DNA of 64,000 bases from Octopus vulgaris (GCA_951406725.2 OX597820.1:3658001-3722000), one strand, 5' to 3'; counted from the first letter of the stretch, positions 1 through 13,318 are shown. Notes: a model not told the origin generated them from the sequence alone. Made by a program: numbers and translations.

Positions 1-569
1 TTACTTGATCTAATATCCACCAAGGAGTGATCAGCCCTATTCACCGGAGTGGACCCTAGCAGCTCTTTCGACTCTATCCACAGGAAGAGATGAACTCGGC
101 ACTGCATGTCAACGAATTAAGTTTTATAGGGTTATAGCTGCGAGTTGTTCCTATGGGACCTATTTTTAGCAAGAAGGACTGGACGTTTCTGAAGTGTCTT
201 GTCCTTGGACACAACGCAGAGCTAACACGCTGATTTCTGATCAAGTTGCCTAGATAGCCTTATCCGCTTTTCACCTGGGCTCTGAGTCAACCTTGTTTTT
301 ATTGAAACCCGTTCTTAATAGTTCAGATTTTTGTACATAGTGCCTAATACTAGTTATCCTTTTGAAATTGAATCTTGCTCTTGTTAATAAATGCCCCAAA
401 CAATCTGTATTAAGTCAGTACCATCTTAAAGTATTGACACACTGGACAGTTGCCCGGAGGCCTCGGTGATGTAGGGGCCCAATTCTAGTCTTGATATACT
501 GTGGCTCAGTGTTAAATAAACATTATAGGACTTCGTGCATTGATTTTCCCAAGGGCCTAGCATGCTACT

Positions 570-850
570 AAGACAACCCTACATTGAGAACATCATTTCT
601 TCTCTGAAGTTATCCTAGGTGACTTCAATATTCAACACTCCTCTTAGATCTGACACTGGTACAGAACTTACTTGTTTCTGCCATTCTAAATTCTCTACAA
701 GCAACAATTAATGTTTTCACCTATTCATAAGTGAAAATCAACCATTTCAAATGGTTGATCACTTTCTCATGACCAATTCCAGCCTTTAACTAAACCATTA
801 CTGTCCTTGCAACTATCAGATTGTCCAACCACAGACCAACCCTAGCTACC
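570..850 (+). mobile_element. Degenerate LINE AP-endonuclease fragment
   Basis: Translates EVILGDFNIQH near 606-640, with stops nearby. Confidence 0.4.
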
Positions 851-1882
851 CACCACGTACCCATGGACTTCAAGTCAGCTATTTAGTTGGTGCTCGACCA
901 GTTTCACACTAACTACTCTCCCTGTGGAAGCAAACGTGTTTCAATGCTGACATAGCAAAGACAGCATCACCATCATGCAAGCAACATTGTTTGTTTCTAG
1001 TCTCCCATGAAAAACATGTCTGGCCATGGGGAAATATTACCTGGCTTGGGAACAGGGAGGGCATCAGGCTGTAGAAGACAACCTGGCAACCACACCTGCA
1101 TCTATGCATGCCTACATACAAACAGACAAAGGAAATGGATATAAGCTACAGTTAATGTAATAACATAATGAACTTTTTATAGGATAACACTGAATTTAAA
1201 TACTAATATGAGAAACTTTGTGTGACTGAATGAAAACATTGACAAGGTAATCTATAAAGGTAACATAAGCTAACATATGTAATATAAAGGTAACATAAGC
1301 TAACATATGTAATATATATAAAGATAATGTTAGCTAACATATGTAGTATATATGGTTAGAGCGTCGAGCTTACAATCGTGAGGTTGTGAGTTCGATTCCT
1401 GGACAGGGCTGCGTGTTATGTTCTTGAGCAAGACACTTTATTTCATGTTAACTCAGCTGTAGAAATGAGTTGTGACATCATTGGTGCCAAGCTGTATCGG
1501 CCCCTTTGCTCACAGTGGTGTGGAGAGGGGAGGCTGGTATGCATGGGTGACTGCTGGTCTTCCACAAACAACCTTGCCTGGACTTGTGTCACAGAGGGTA
1601 ACTTTCTAGGTGCAATCCCATGGTCATTCATGACTGAAGGGGGTCTCCTCCTCAATGTTAGCTAACATATGTAATATATATATAAAGGTAACGTAAGCTA
1701 ACAAATTCGTTTTTCTAAAGGATACTTAAAATCTGTGTAATGTAATGTTGGTTCCTATTTTTTTCCTGCTTTGTCGCAGAAGTCTGGTGCAGGCTCCTGC
1801 CTGACCGGCTCTTGTGAAACTGTCCCACCCATGCCAGCATAAAAGGCAGACGTTAAATGATGATGATGTACATTTTTTTTAG

Positions 1883-1955
1883 GGCTGATTATTGGAAATC
1901 CCAGCCAAGGAAGTTTTGTGAATTCTGTAAATGTTGGCTTACTGAAAATAAACCA
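1883..1955 (+). CDS. WBP4: WBP4 exon: (AT)G ADYWKSQPRKFCEFCKCWLTENKP
   Basis: tttttttag acceptor at 1881-1882; 73 nt; matches WBP4 N-terminus; donor GTTGAG is weak. Confidence 0.88.
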
Positions 1956-2744
1956 GTTGAGTATAAGTTTTGGCCAATTTCGTTTTGCCATTTTGATATT
2001 TATTATTTTGTTATTGTTTGATATCTCTTTGCATTTGGGTTTTGCAGTCATTCACAGAGCAGCCATGGGTTGGGGCTGTGTGCAGGCACAGGGATGTGGC
2101 TGTGTGGTCAAGAGATTTGCTTCCTGCTCGTATGGTTTTGGGTTCACTTCCACTTGTGTGGCACTTTGGGCAAGTGTCATCTGCTATAGCCCTGGACCAT
2201 TGTGACTGGATTTGACAGATGGAAACTGAATGAAGCCCATCATGTGTGCGGGTGCATGTGCGTCTTGTTTCAGTCATCATTAGACCATGGCCATGCTGGG
2301 GCATCAACCTCAGTCTTTTTTTTTTTAAGCCTCGTACTTATTCTGTTATCTTTTGTCTTTTACTCATTCCAGTCTTTGCACTGTGGCCATGCTGGGGCAC
2401 TGTCTTGCAGAATTTCTACTCAAACTTATTTTTTAAGCCTGGTACTGATTCTGTTGGTCTCTTTTTGCCGAACCACAAAATAAGGAAACCAAACTCTATG
2501 ATGTTTCCATCTATCAAATCCACTCACAAAGCTTTGGTTGACCTGGGACCGTTATAAGAGCAAAAATAATATTTCTTCCACATAATTAAATGAAGGCAAA
2601 CAGAATGCTATTATTTTTCATGACAGAAATAAACTATAGTCTAATGGCTGTTATTCACTTTAAATATTTCTACACTTGCAAATTCCTGCCTATTTGAGAA
2701 AAAAACAAATGAAATGATTTTAAATTTAAAAACATTTTTTTCAG

Positions 2745-2807
2745 AGTATTGAATTTCATGAGAAGGGAAAACGTCATCAAGAAAATGTGCGGAAGAAAAT
2801 TGATACA
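2745..2807 (+). CDS. WBP4: WBP4 exon: SIEFHEKGKRHQENVRKKIDT (zinc-finger His ligands)
   Basis: tttttcag acceptor, GTTAGT donor, 63 nt, phase 0/0. Confidence 0.92.
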
Positions 2808-3044
2808 GTTAGTAAAAATTTCTTATATTTTTCTCAACTATTTCAAATCTAGATGTATAATGTTTAATATTTCTACTCATTAAGCCTTCAGTATTTAATC
2901 CAGCTCTACCTGTTCTATGTTGATCCTGGCCATATCCAATCTCTCACACATTCACCACAATGTCATTCTAAAAATTTACAATCACATTATTGAAATCTCA
3001 GAGCTACAAGATAATAAAGGATTAATTCAAAATGATCTAACTAA

Positions 3045-3503
3045 ATCAAACTCGGTGACTGGCATCCGTTGCTAGTGGATCGCTAAGAGTACCATACGAG
3101 TGAGATCGTTGCCAGAGCAACAAGCTGGCCTTCGTGCCGATGGCACGTTAAACACACCATTTGAGCGTGATCGTTACTGCATCGCCTTATTAGAACTTGT
3201 GCTGGTGGCATGTGAAACATTCGAGCGAGGTCGTCGCCAGTGCCACTGGACTGGCTCCTGTGCAGGTGGCACATAAAAAGCACCATTTGGGCGTGGCCAT
3301 TGCCAGTACCACCAAACTGGCCTTTGTGCAGTTGGCACGTAAAAGCACCCACTACACTTTCGGAGTGGTTGGCATTAGGGAGGGCATCCAGCTGTAGAAA
3401 CTCTGCCAGATCAGATTGGAGTCTGGTTCGCCAGACCTCAATCAAATCGTCCAACCCATGCTAGCATGGAAAGCGGACGTTAAATGATGATGATGATGAT
3501 GAT
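3045..3503 (+). mobile_element. 3' end of an RTE-type LINE (modular 3' UTR, (GAT)n tail); very abundant family in this window
   Basis: Shared tail ...gaagggcatccagctgtagaaac...aacccatgctagcatggaaagcggacgttaaa(tga)n. Other copies near 11065-11402, 19890-20422, 28325-28770, 33518-33830, 33895-34290, 34874-35295, 37028-37390, 39303-39720, 43267-43867, 46733-47382, 58103-59553, 59999-60245 and 63460-63705. Confidence 0.75.
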
Positions 3504-5353
3504 AACTAAATAAGATTACGTTTAACAGGATAATCTGAATGCCAAAGGTCTGATGTGGCCCCCTTTTTCTCTTCTAAATAATTTGAATAAGCAGTAAATA
3601 TTTTAAGGGGTTGTTGTTATGGTTGTTAGGCCATCGATCTGCTCCAAGTACATAGAGGATCAAGTGTGTTCCAACTATGACCATCCCAAATCTTTTATCC
3701 AAGCATAGGACTGTCTTATCCAATGTGTCATGTCCTTCTTAAAGATGGTATAATTTGAGGAAAATTTTGTTACGGATTGAAGCAGGATGAGTAAATGTAT
3801 AACGAATAAAGACGAATAAAGATGAAGGGAATGAAGTCAGGTGTAGGAAGTCGCAATTAGGCCTGAAGCTAATTCCCACATGTGCCTCCTTGCCAAAATG
3901 TGATTTCAACTCAAAATTCCTACATTCAAGTGTTGAATGTAGCTTAATGCGTATCGTTTGTAAAATATAGTACCATTACTATTCGAAATCACACTACATT
4001 GAGTATTTTATAGCAAATAAGTTGCTTTAAATTACAATATTTGCGTCATCTGACCCGAATAAAGATCATTTGGAATTTCAGAGGAGAAAAATGCTTGCAC
4101 CTTGAATTGATATTCTAAAGCCAAGGTGTTCTGTAAGGAGCATTGGTGATGGTGCCACGTAAAGAAGCTCCCAGTACACTCTCTAAAGTGGTTGGCATTA
4201 GGAAGGGCATCCAGCTATAGAAACCAAGCTAAAACCAGGCTATGGAACCTGGTGCCGCCTTATGAGCTCCTGTCAAGCTGTCCAAACCACACCAGCATGG
4301 AAAATGGTATTTAAATGATGGTTAATGATGATGTGTGTCTGCCTGCACACCTGTATCCGTGTCTGTCTCCAACAGTAAGGAATTGCCATACTGAGCCCAA
4401 AAATAACTTCTATTTATTCTTCCCAGGTTATAAACCCCCACCTCATCGTTATTGCCTTCATCATAAATACAGTGGAACAATGCTTACTCTGGTGGAGACC
4501 CGTAAGCAACGACACTAGTTTTCACAAAAATCAATCATATAAGAAAAAATATGACAAAGTCTGCAAATTTATAAGCGTTAGACTTGATTCAGTTTCAACA
4601 ACAAAATAGTTGACTTCTTTGCCACTTGAAGGCATTTCCTTTGCAAACTTTAACATAATTGTTTACATCACGGCACATCATGTCTTTTCACATGATTTGA
4701 CATATTCTGACATATCCACAAAACATTGTTTATGAAAACAATACAAGTTTCATCACATTGCTTTGTTCTTCAAGTTACTATATTGGCAGGTAGCACTCAA
4801 TGCTGTTATTTATTCAGAAACTCAGGTGTAGAATGAGACCCATAAGTGGATGTGACAACCTTTCTAGTGTGCCAGCGTCACAATAATATGCACCCAATAT
4901 GCTCTGTTAAGTGGTTGGAGTCAAAAAAGGCAACCGGTATAGAAACCATGCTGAATATAGAATGTACAAAGAAGATGTGTTCCATACTGGAAGACAGTTA
5001 GCCCTAACATAAACTAATTTAGATTGTGACAATCAGTGAAATCTATGCAAGCCAGAAGAATTAGTAGCAATGATGATTGTTAACAGCAACAATGCCAACA
5101 TCGCAATAACTGTGGCATTTCCCTTGTCTTTGGGCTGTTGAATATAAAGTGATCGGTGAGAAGTTGGTACACAAGATGGATGTACTATTGTATGCTTCCT
5201 TAAATCAATTTAAATATATTTGGTGGCAGGAAATTCTTTTTTTTTTGGGGGGGGGGTAAAAAGTGCTCCTTCTTTTCCATCAAATGCTCTGAATAATGAT
5301 TCTTGGACCCAAAGATATAATTTTGTTAATCCTAATTTTCATTTGTTCAATAG

Positions 5354-5425
5354 ATCAAAAAGAACAGCCTGTCTGAGTCAAAGAAAAGAAAAGAAATGGA
5401 AAACGACATGGAGAGTCTTAATAAG
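5354..5425 (+). CDS. WBP4: WBP4 exon: IKKNSLSESKKRKEMENDMESLNK
   Basis: caatag acceptor, GTAAAT donor, 72 nt in frame; resembles the helix after the WBP4 zinc finger. Confidence 0.88.
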
Positions 5426-5442
5426 GTAAATGTTTGAATTTA

Positions 5443-6043
5443 GGGCAGTGAGCTGGCAGAATCGTTAGCACGCCAGACGAAATGCTTAGCGGTATTTCAT
5501 CTGCCGTTAAATTCTGAGTTCAAATTCCGCCGAGGTCGACTTTGCCTTTCATCCTTTCGGGGTCGATAAATTAAGTACCAGTTACGCACTGGGGTCGATG
5601 TAATCGACTTAATCCGTTTGTCCGTCCTTGTTTGTCCCCTCTGTGTTTAGCCCCTTGTGGGTAGTAAAGAGATAGGTATTTCATCTGTCTTTACATTCTG
5701 AGTTCAAATTCCACCGAGGTCAACTTTGCCTTTCATCCTTTCGGGGTCGATAAATTAAGTACCAGTTACGCACTGGGGTCGATGTAATCGACTTAATCCG
5801 TTTGTCCGTCCTTGTTTGTCCCCTCTGTGTTTAGCCCCTTGTGGGTAGTAAAGAAATAGGTATTTCATCTGCCATTACATTCTGAGTTCAAATTCCACCA
5901 AGGTCAACTTTGCCTTTCATCCTTTCGGGGTCGATAAATTAAGTACCAGTTACGCAGTGGGGTCGATGTAATCGACTTAATCTGTTTGTCTGTCCTTGTT
6001 TTCCCCCTCTATATTTAGCCCCTTGTGGACAGTAAAGAAATAA
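5443..6043 (+). mobile_element. tRNA-derived SINE (Meta-like central domain) with its body triplicated in tandem, 184-bp period
   Basis: Head gagctggcagaatcgttagc...gagttcaaattcc; caaattcc recurs at 5521, 5705 and 5889. Monomers at 9188-9418, 19132-19355(-) and 60453-60660(-). Confidence 0.8.
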
Positions 6044-7175
6044 ATGTTTGAATTTATGTTATCATTGTTTTGAAATAACTTTGAAGTCTCAGGTAATCTT
6101 TCTGCTGCCAGCTTTGACCTGAGAGCAGAAAAGTTATACAGCCATTTTTTTAGCATATCAATAAGTGCAGACGTGGCTGTGTGGTAAGTAGCTTGCTTCC
6201 CAACCACATGGTTCCAGGTTCACTCCCACTGCATGGCATCTTGGCCAAGAGTCTTTTATAGTCTCAGGCTGATAGAAACTGAAAGAAGCCCATCATATAT
6301 GTGTGTTGTGTCTGTATTTGTCCTCCACCACCCCTTGACAACCAGTGTTGGTGTGTTTATGTCCCTGTAACTTAGCAGTTCAGCAAAAGACACCAATAGA
6401 ATAAGTGTCAGGTTTAAAACAAACTAAGTACTGCAGTTGATTAATTCAACTAAAAATTCTTTCTGGTGGTGCCCCAGCATGGCCACAGTCTGATGAGTGA
6501 AGCAAGTGAAAAATAAAAAAAATGTCCATTGAAGTTAATCTTTTAGAATGAAAATATAGATTATAGTTTTTGTTTTTGTTTGTTGGGGATACAGACTCAA
6601 AACCCTTTATCTGCTCCTGGCAATTATGCATTTCTTTAGCAATCACCAAATTTCCTTTAACAGGCACAGGAGTGGCTGTGTAGTAAGAGGCTTGCTTCAA
6701 AGCCACATGGTTCTGGGTTCAGTCCCACTGCATGGCACCTTGGGAAAGTGTCTCTTTTACTATAGCCTCGGACCGACCAGAGCCTTGTGAGTGGATTTGG
6801 TAGACAGAAACTGAAAGAAGCCTGTCTATGAATGTGTGTGTGTATGTTTAGTGGTATTTCATCTGTCTTCAGGTTCTGAGTTCATATTCTGCCAAGGTCA
6901 ACTTTGCCTTTCATCCTTTCAGGGTCGATAAACTAAGTACCAGTTGCAAAATGGGGTTGATCTAATCGACTGGCTCATTCCCTCCAAAAATGTCGGGCCT
7001 TGTGCCTAGAGTAGAAAAGTATATATATATTTATGTATGTGTCTGTATTTGTCCCCCCACAACAACACCTGACAACCAATGTTGGTGTGTTTATGTCCCC
7101 GTAACTTAATGGTTCGGCAAAAGAGAATAATCCTGTGATTCAGAATGAAATCTTGTCTTTTCTCTTTTTTTACAG

Positions 7176-7263
7176 GCAGCTTTAGAAGCTTTTAAGAAAG
7201 ACATAATTAATGACCCTTCATTAGCCAAACAATATGGTATCTCTCTACCAACCAAAAAACAAA
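7176..7263 (+). CDS. WBP4: WBP4 exon: AALEAFKKDIINDPSLAKQYGISLPTKKQ
   Basis: Long pyrimidine tract plus tacag, GTAAGT donor; AAL.A...D motif as in WBP4. Confidence 0.9.
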
Positions 7264-8212
7264 GTAAGTAGTGAATTCTTTATTTAATTTGTGTTTTTGT
7301 TTCTAATTTGTTCTTATTTCAGTCCGTGTGTCAACATTCTCTTCTTAAAACTATATTCGTTGACAAAGCTTAGAAAAGAATTTTTAAAGATAAAACTTCC
7401 TGTCATTTCAGGCATCTGTCGAAAGTGACCTGAGTTAAGATTTAATCTATAGAGGAAAAGTTTAATTTCTATACAAGAAAGATATATAAAAAATACTTTA
7501 TTCATCATCACCATCATTTGACATCCATTTTCCATGCTGGTATGGGTTGGACGGTTTGACAGGAACTGACTTGCTGAAGGGCTGTTCAGGCTCCCTGTCT
7601 GTTTTGACATGGTTTCTATGGCCGGATGCCCTTCCTAACACCAACCACTTTACAGAGTGTACTGGGTGCTTCTACAAAGCACTGGCATGGGTGCTTTTAT
7701 GTGGCACCAGCCCCTATGAGCCTGCAAAATTAGGGATGCTCAGCTGGAGAGGGTTGCAGGGGACGAGCCTGTATGCAAGGGCAACTTCATATGTAGGAGG
7801 AGTGGCTGTGTGGTAAGTAGCTTGCTTACCAACCACATGATTCCAGGTTCACTCCCACTGTATGGCACCTGGACAAGTATCTTCTACTATAGCCTCAAGC
7901 CAACCAAAGCCTTGTGAGTGGATTTGGTAGACAAACTGAAAGAAGCCCATCAAATATATATATGTGTGTGTGTTTGTTTGTCCCCCCCCCACCATCGCTT
8001 GACAAGCAATGGTGGTGTGTTCACATTCCAGTTACATAGCAGTTCAGTAAAAGGGACCAATAGAATAAGTACTAGGCTTACAAAGAATAAGTCCTGGGGT
8101 TGATTTCCTCAATTAAAGGCAGCGCTCCAGCTTGACCACAGTCAAATGACTGAAACAAATAAAAGAATCAGCATCATTGTTTAGCGTCCGCTTTCCATGC
8201 TAGCATCAAAGA

Positions 8213-8255
<43 letters not shown>

Positions 8256-8803
8256 TGTACAAATATATATAAGCATCATCATCATCGATGTAACATCCAC
8301 TTTTCCATGCTCAAAAAGATCAGATGGGATTTGTTGAGGTGGATTTTGTAGAGCCAAATCCTCTTCCTGTCATCACCCCCCGCCTCCGTTTCTAAGTAAG
8401 TCAATATTCCCCCATGACCAGACGTTTCCGTGAAGGATTGGAAATGGAGAACACTGCTAGCACAACAATAACATTCTTTTACAACTATTACACAGTGTCA
8501 AGGCAAGGAGACAGTAACACACACACACGACAGGCTTCTTTCAGTTTCCAGTGCTGGTGCTAAGAGAAAAAGCATCCAGAACACTCTGTAAAATGGTTGG
8601 CATTAGGAAGGGCATTCAAGAGACATTAGGACTCAATGCAGCCATCTCTCTGGTTCATTGGTTTCTCAAAAACTGTCTGACCCATGCAAACCAGCAAAAA
8701 CTAGCACTAAATGATGATGGTGATGATGTTGTGGTTCAATAAACTGCATAAACCTTTTAAATGCTTTGACAACTTATTGCGTAATTATATTTTTTTAATT
8801 CAG

Positions 8804-9004
8804 GTGATTCTGATAATGATATTCCTGTCAACAAACCAGTTCTTGAGGCAGAAACAGTGGCTGCAGAAACTACAGATTCCCAAAATCCAGATATTATTGG
8901 TAAACCCGAAGAGGAAGAACATCCAATTGAAGAGGAAACAACAGACTGGTATGAAGCTGTCTCAGACGAAGGCTACCATTATTATTGGAACACTAAAACT
9001 AATG
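8804..9004 (+). CDS. WBP4: WBP4 exon: acidic linker and first part of the WW domain (WYEAVSDEGYHYYWNTKTN)
   Basis: ttcag acceptor, GTAAGT donor, phase 1/1; WW signature. Confidence 0.92.
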
Positions 9005-9909
9005 GTAAGTTCTTTGAATGCCTCTTATTTGTCTTTGCATTTTAAGCCTTGAATCTTGTGGTTAGTTGTGTCAAATGGCCAACTCTGTCAGGCTTTACAC
9101 ATTATTAGCCATCCCATCCTCCTCATCATTATCATCATTTTAATGTCCACTTTGCCATACTCACATGGGCCAGATCATATTTGTTTAAGGCAGTGAGCTG
9201 GCAGAAACGTTAGCGTGCTGGGCGAAATGCTTAGTGGTATTTCATCTGCCGCTACGTTCTGAGTTCAAATTCCACCGAGGTCGACTTTGCCTTTCATCCT
9301 TTCGGGGTCGATAAAATAAGTACCAGTTATACACTGGGGTCGATGTAATCAACTTAATCCGTTTGTCTGTCCTTGTTTGTCCCCTCTGTGTTTAGCCCCT
9401 TGTGGGTAGTAAAGAAATACGTATTTGTTGAAGTAGAATTTCTACAGTCAGATGGATGCTCTTCCTGTCACCAACCCTTACCTCTTCCGAGTAAAGTGCT
9501 ATTTCCCTATAACCAGACATGTCTCAAAAGACCGGAAATGAACGGCGTTGCTTGTATGACAGCGACACTCACAACGATTTCTTGATATTCAGGAAAGGAG
9601 GTGGCCACAAAGACAAACACACATATACATGTATAAATATATATATGCATACACACACACACACACACACATATATAGCAAGCTTCTTTCAGTTTCCACT
9701 TACCAAATCCACTCACAAGGTATTGGTTGGCCCTAGGTACCATGCAGTGGGACTAAACCTGGAACCATCTGGTTGGGAAGCAAGCTCCTCACCACACAGC
9801 CATGCTTGCACCTTTGTTAGGTGTCTTTCAACCATTCACCTATTTACCATAATTTCTTGACAAATCTACTTTTATTTCTTATTTCATTCCATTATTTGTT
9901 TGTCTTCAG

Positions 9910-10016
9910 AATCTGTTTGGGAAAAACCAGAGCAGTTCCACAGTCTTCAAGAACAAGGTCTCAATGAAGATGGAACGGAAATGACAGCCGAAAACAATGA
10001 AGTTACAGATTCAAAA
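9910..10016 (+). CDS. WBP4: WBP4 exon: end of WW domain (ESVWEKP) and linker
   Basis: tcttcag acceptor, GTAAAT donor; completes W-x-x-P of the WW domain. Confidence 0.92.
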
Positions 10017-10356
10017 GTAAATTTTAAATATTGGATTCCTTTACCCCATGGTCTTTTCTGTAAAACTAGTTATTTACTAAATCATTTAGTAGCCTGTGTA
10101 TTGAATATTTGGTAGCCATCATCATCATCATCATAACGACCACTTTTCCCTACTTTCATGGGTCAGGCAGAATTTGTTGAGGCAGATTCTCTACAGCTGG
10201 GTGCCCTTCCTGTCACCAACCCTCACCTGTTTCCAAACAAGGTAATATTTCCCCACAGCCAGACATGTTCTTCATGGAAGATTGGGAATGAATGACTTCA
10301 CTTGTGTGACGATGAAGCTCTTATTTACAATCATCGTGTGACATCAAAACATGGGT

Positions 10357-10388
<32 letters not shown>

Positions 10389-11552
10389 CCATCATTCCAT
10401 CCATCCACCCAGCCATATTCTCCACCCGCTATTTCTGGGATAATCATGGGATAGCATCCTCAGGCCTCTTCTGTAGGCTTCTTTCAGTTTCCATCTACTA
10501 AATCCACTCACAAAGCTTTGCTTGTCTCAGGGTCATTGCAGAAGAGACTCTTACCCTTGGATAAGTGACAAACCACCCAGTAAGAGAGACTCCTAGTCCA
10601 TAAGGTTGCAAAACAAGCTTCTTAAACATGCAATCACACCTGCATCTATTTATGAAGACATAAGACGTACTTTTGCCTGTCTCTTCTCAAAGCTCGTTTC
10701 TCCAGCGTTCACCACTTCACCTCATCATGGCTTAACAGCCCTCACCGTTTGTTTTCACTGTTTTGCTCTTACTCTCCTGTTTTTGTTACCACTTTAACCC
10801 TCCGCAAAAAATCCCAAATTTTATTTAATTTGCTTTGCAGAAAGGCCTGTTTTAACAAAGTCGTGTCTTGTCCCTACATTTGAAACATGGAGTAGATAAA
10901 ACAGGGGACAACTGATGAAGGGATTGTTCTTTATGTTTGCCTGTCTCGTTTCTCTATCTGTTTCTTTCGTTGTTTGAAAAAAAAGTTTGTTTTCCATGTT
11001 TTTGTTTTTCATGTTCTTGTTTCTCATTTTGTTCATGTTTTTTTTTATGTCCTGTACCCATATATCATCATCATCATCATCATCGTTTAGCATCCGTTTT
11101 CCATGCTAGCATGGGTTGGACGGGTCAACTGGGGTCTGTGAAGCTGGAAGGCTTCGTCAGGCCCAGTCAGATCTGGCAGTGTTTCTACGGCTGGATGCCC
11201 TTCCTAACGCAAACCACTCCGCGAGTGTAGTGGGTGTTTTTTACGTGCCACCTGCACAGGTGCCAGACAGAGCTGGTGAACGGCCACGAACGGATGGTGC
11301 TTTTACGTGTCACCGGCTCGGGGCCAGGCGATGCTGGCAACGGACACGAACGGATGGTGCTTTTACGTTCCACCGACACGGGGCCAGACAGAGCTGGCAG
11401 CCGCATGTATATATACATATATATATGTAGGTATGTACATATATATATGTATATATGCATATATACATACACATATATATATATATATCGCGTGTGTATC
11501 ATTGGCGATTTTCTTTCTCCGTCTTCCCTTCCTTGGACCTTTCCTTTTTCTG

Positions 11553-11585
11553 TTTCTGATGAAGAGCTCCGCTCGAAACGTTAAA
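11553..11585 (+). ncRNA. Minimal type I hammerhead ribozyme motif (Penelope-like element type)
   Basis: TTT-CTGATGA-A-GAGC(tcc)GCTC-GAAAC-GTT-AAA: intact core, 4-bp stem II, palindromic AACGTT in place of stem III. Confidence 0.6.
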
Positions 11586-11684
11586 TCCTCCTTCTTTCTT
11601 TCCTTTCCTGAGCGTCCAATAACACTATACTGGTTCCACATCCTCGCGTTGTTGTGTTTTCTCTTTGTTCATGTTTGGATTAAC

Positions 11685-11720
<36 letters not shown>

Positions 11721-11722
11721 CA

Positions 11723-12103
11723 TACAGGGTGATTCAAAAGTCACCATACATAGGAACAATTTATTTTTTTTAATTAGAAACAGTTTATAAAAACAGTTTG
11801 TTTTTTTATCTAACAGGTTCTATTTATGGTTACCATTGTTTTGAATACACATTGCAATACATTGACCCCCAACTCATTGTGAACTTGTAATAATAACACA
11901 TCTGGTGATACGTGTGCAAAGGAGTTGGTGATGCGTTCCTTCGAATGATTTAGGTCTTTTATCTTTCTGCGATAAACCATTCCTTTCAAATGTCCCCAAA
12001 GATAGAAATCAAGAGGGGGCAGATCAGGGTATCTAGGGGATCTTATAAACCACTTCTTATAAAAAAAAATGAATTTTTCCTATGTATGGAGACTTTTGAA
12101 TCA

Positions 12104-12107
<4 letters not shown>
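11723..12107 (-). mobile_element. Internally deleted Tc1/mariner-superfamily element
   Basis: TIRs cagggtgattcaaaagtcaccatacatagg / cctatgtatggagacttttgaatcacc in TA repeats; minus strand reads SPRYPDLPPLDFYLWGHLKGMVY (transposase C-terminal motif). Confidence 0.8.
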
Positions 12108-12150
<43 letters not shown>

Positions 12151-12270
12151 TTGAAAGAATGAATTGGAATGGTTTTTCTGAGTGTTATCATCCATTCACA
12201 TATGTTCTTATCTTCAGAGACTAGATCAAAATCTATGTAGTTGAGAAAAGAAGTTTGTAACTATACCAAC

Positions 12271-12305
<35 letters not shown>

Positions 12306-12817
12306 GTGCAAGAATTTTTATGTGAAGTCGTGTGTTGAAACAGATATTGTTATATTTCGGAATGGTCATTTTGCCAGTTTAGCCAATAGAAACACACGCA
12401 CTATATATATGGTGTTATTTTGCTTCAGTGTTATTTATTTTTTACATTAATCTTAATCTTATTTCGGCCAGAGTTCTTTCGTCACACTCCTGTGACCGCA
12501 TCAGTGGTCCTTTGCTTTCTTCTTTCTTATTTGTGTGTCTCTCCTTACTAACCGTCATATATATATAGCTAGCATGGAAGGCAGACATTAAACGATGATG
12601 TCGATGGTGCTCCAGCATGACCGCAGCCGCATGGCTGAAACGAGTAAATGAATAGAAGACTAACAATATATATCTATATATATATATATATATCTATATA
12701 TATATATATAACAAACAGATGTAAGAATTAACTGTAGTGACATTCTTTCTTAGTTATGTCCCTTTACATTCATTTTAACTTCGTCTCTCTCTCTTTCTCT
12801 CTCTCATTTTCTCTCTC

Positions 12818-12850
<33 letters not shown>

Positions 12851-13097
12851 TATGTTGATAAAATAAGTACCAGACAAATCCTGTGGTCAATGTAATCAAT
12901 TAAAACCTCTCAAGACGGTCCAGGGAGTGAAACCAGTTCAAAGATGGACAGAGTTGAGCTCTGCTGTACACTCGCCATGTGCACTGATTACACAATATTC
13001 AATTCCTTCTTACCATTCTCTCCTACAAGTGTAGTTGGAATTCTGTAGAACTTATTGATCATTCTGTTTGTACAGATTAAGAAGCAATAAAGAAATA

Positions 13098-13318
13098 TCA
13101 TGAGGGTCTGCTGGAAAGTTCCTGGTTTTGGGGTTAAAAGAAAATACAGGAGAATCAGTTCTAATTTTATTCAAGATATTCCCCTCTCAGATTCACACAA
13201 TTATTGCAGCTGTTCTTCGGTTTTTCTAAGCCCCATAAAAGAACTGGGAAGTTTGGGCCTCCGACCATACCTTTGGCAAAACCCTTAAAACCAGGACCTT
13301 TTCAGCACCTCCTCGTAT
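13098..13318. mobile_element. Mariner-type MITE
   Basis: Ends tgagggtctgctggaaagttcctgg / ccaggaccttttcagcacctcctcgta; related copy at 49578-49790. Confidence 0.55.

Noticed and set aside
1352-1410. tRNA gene (tggttagagcgtc...gagttcgattcc)
   Set aside because: SINE head continuing into SINE body; no complete acceptor stem. The same applies to the other A/B-box hits.
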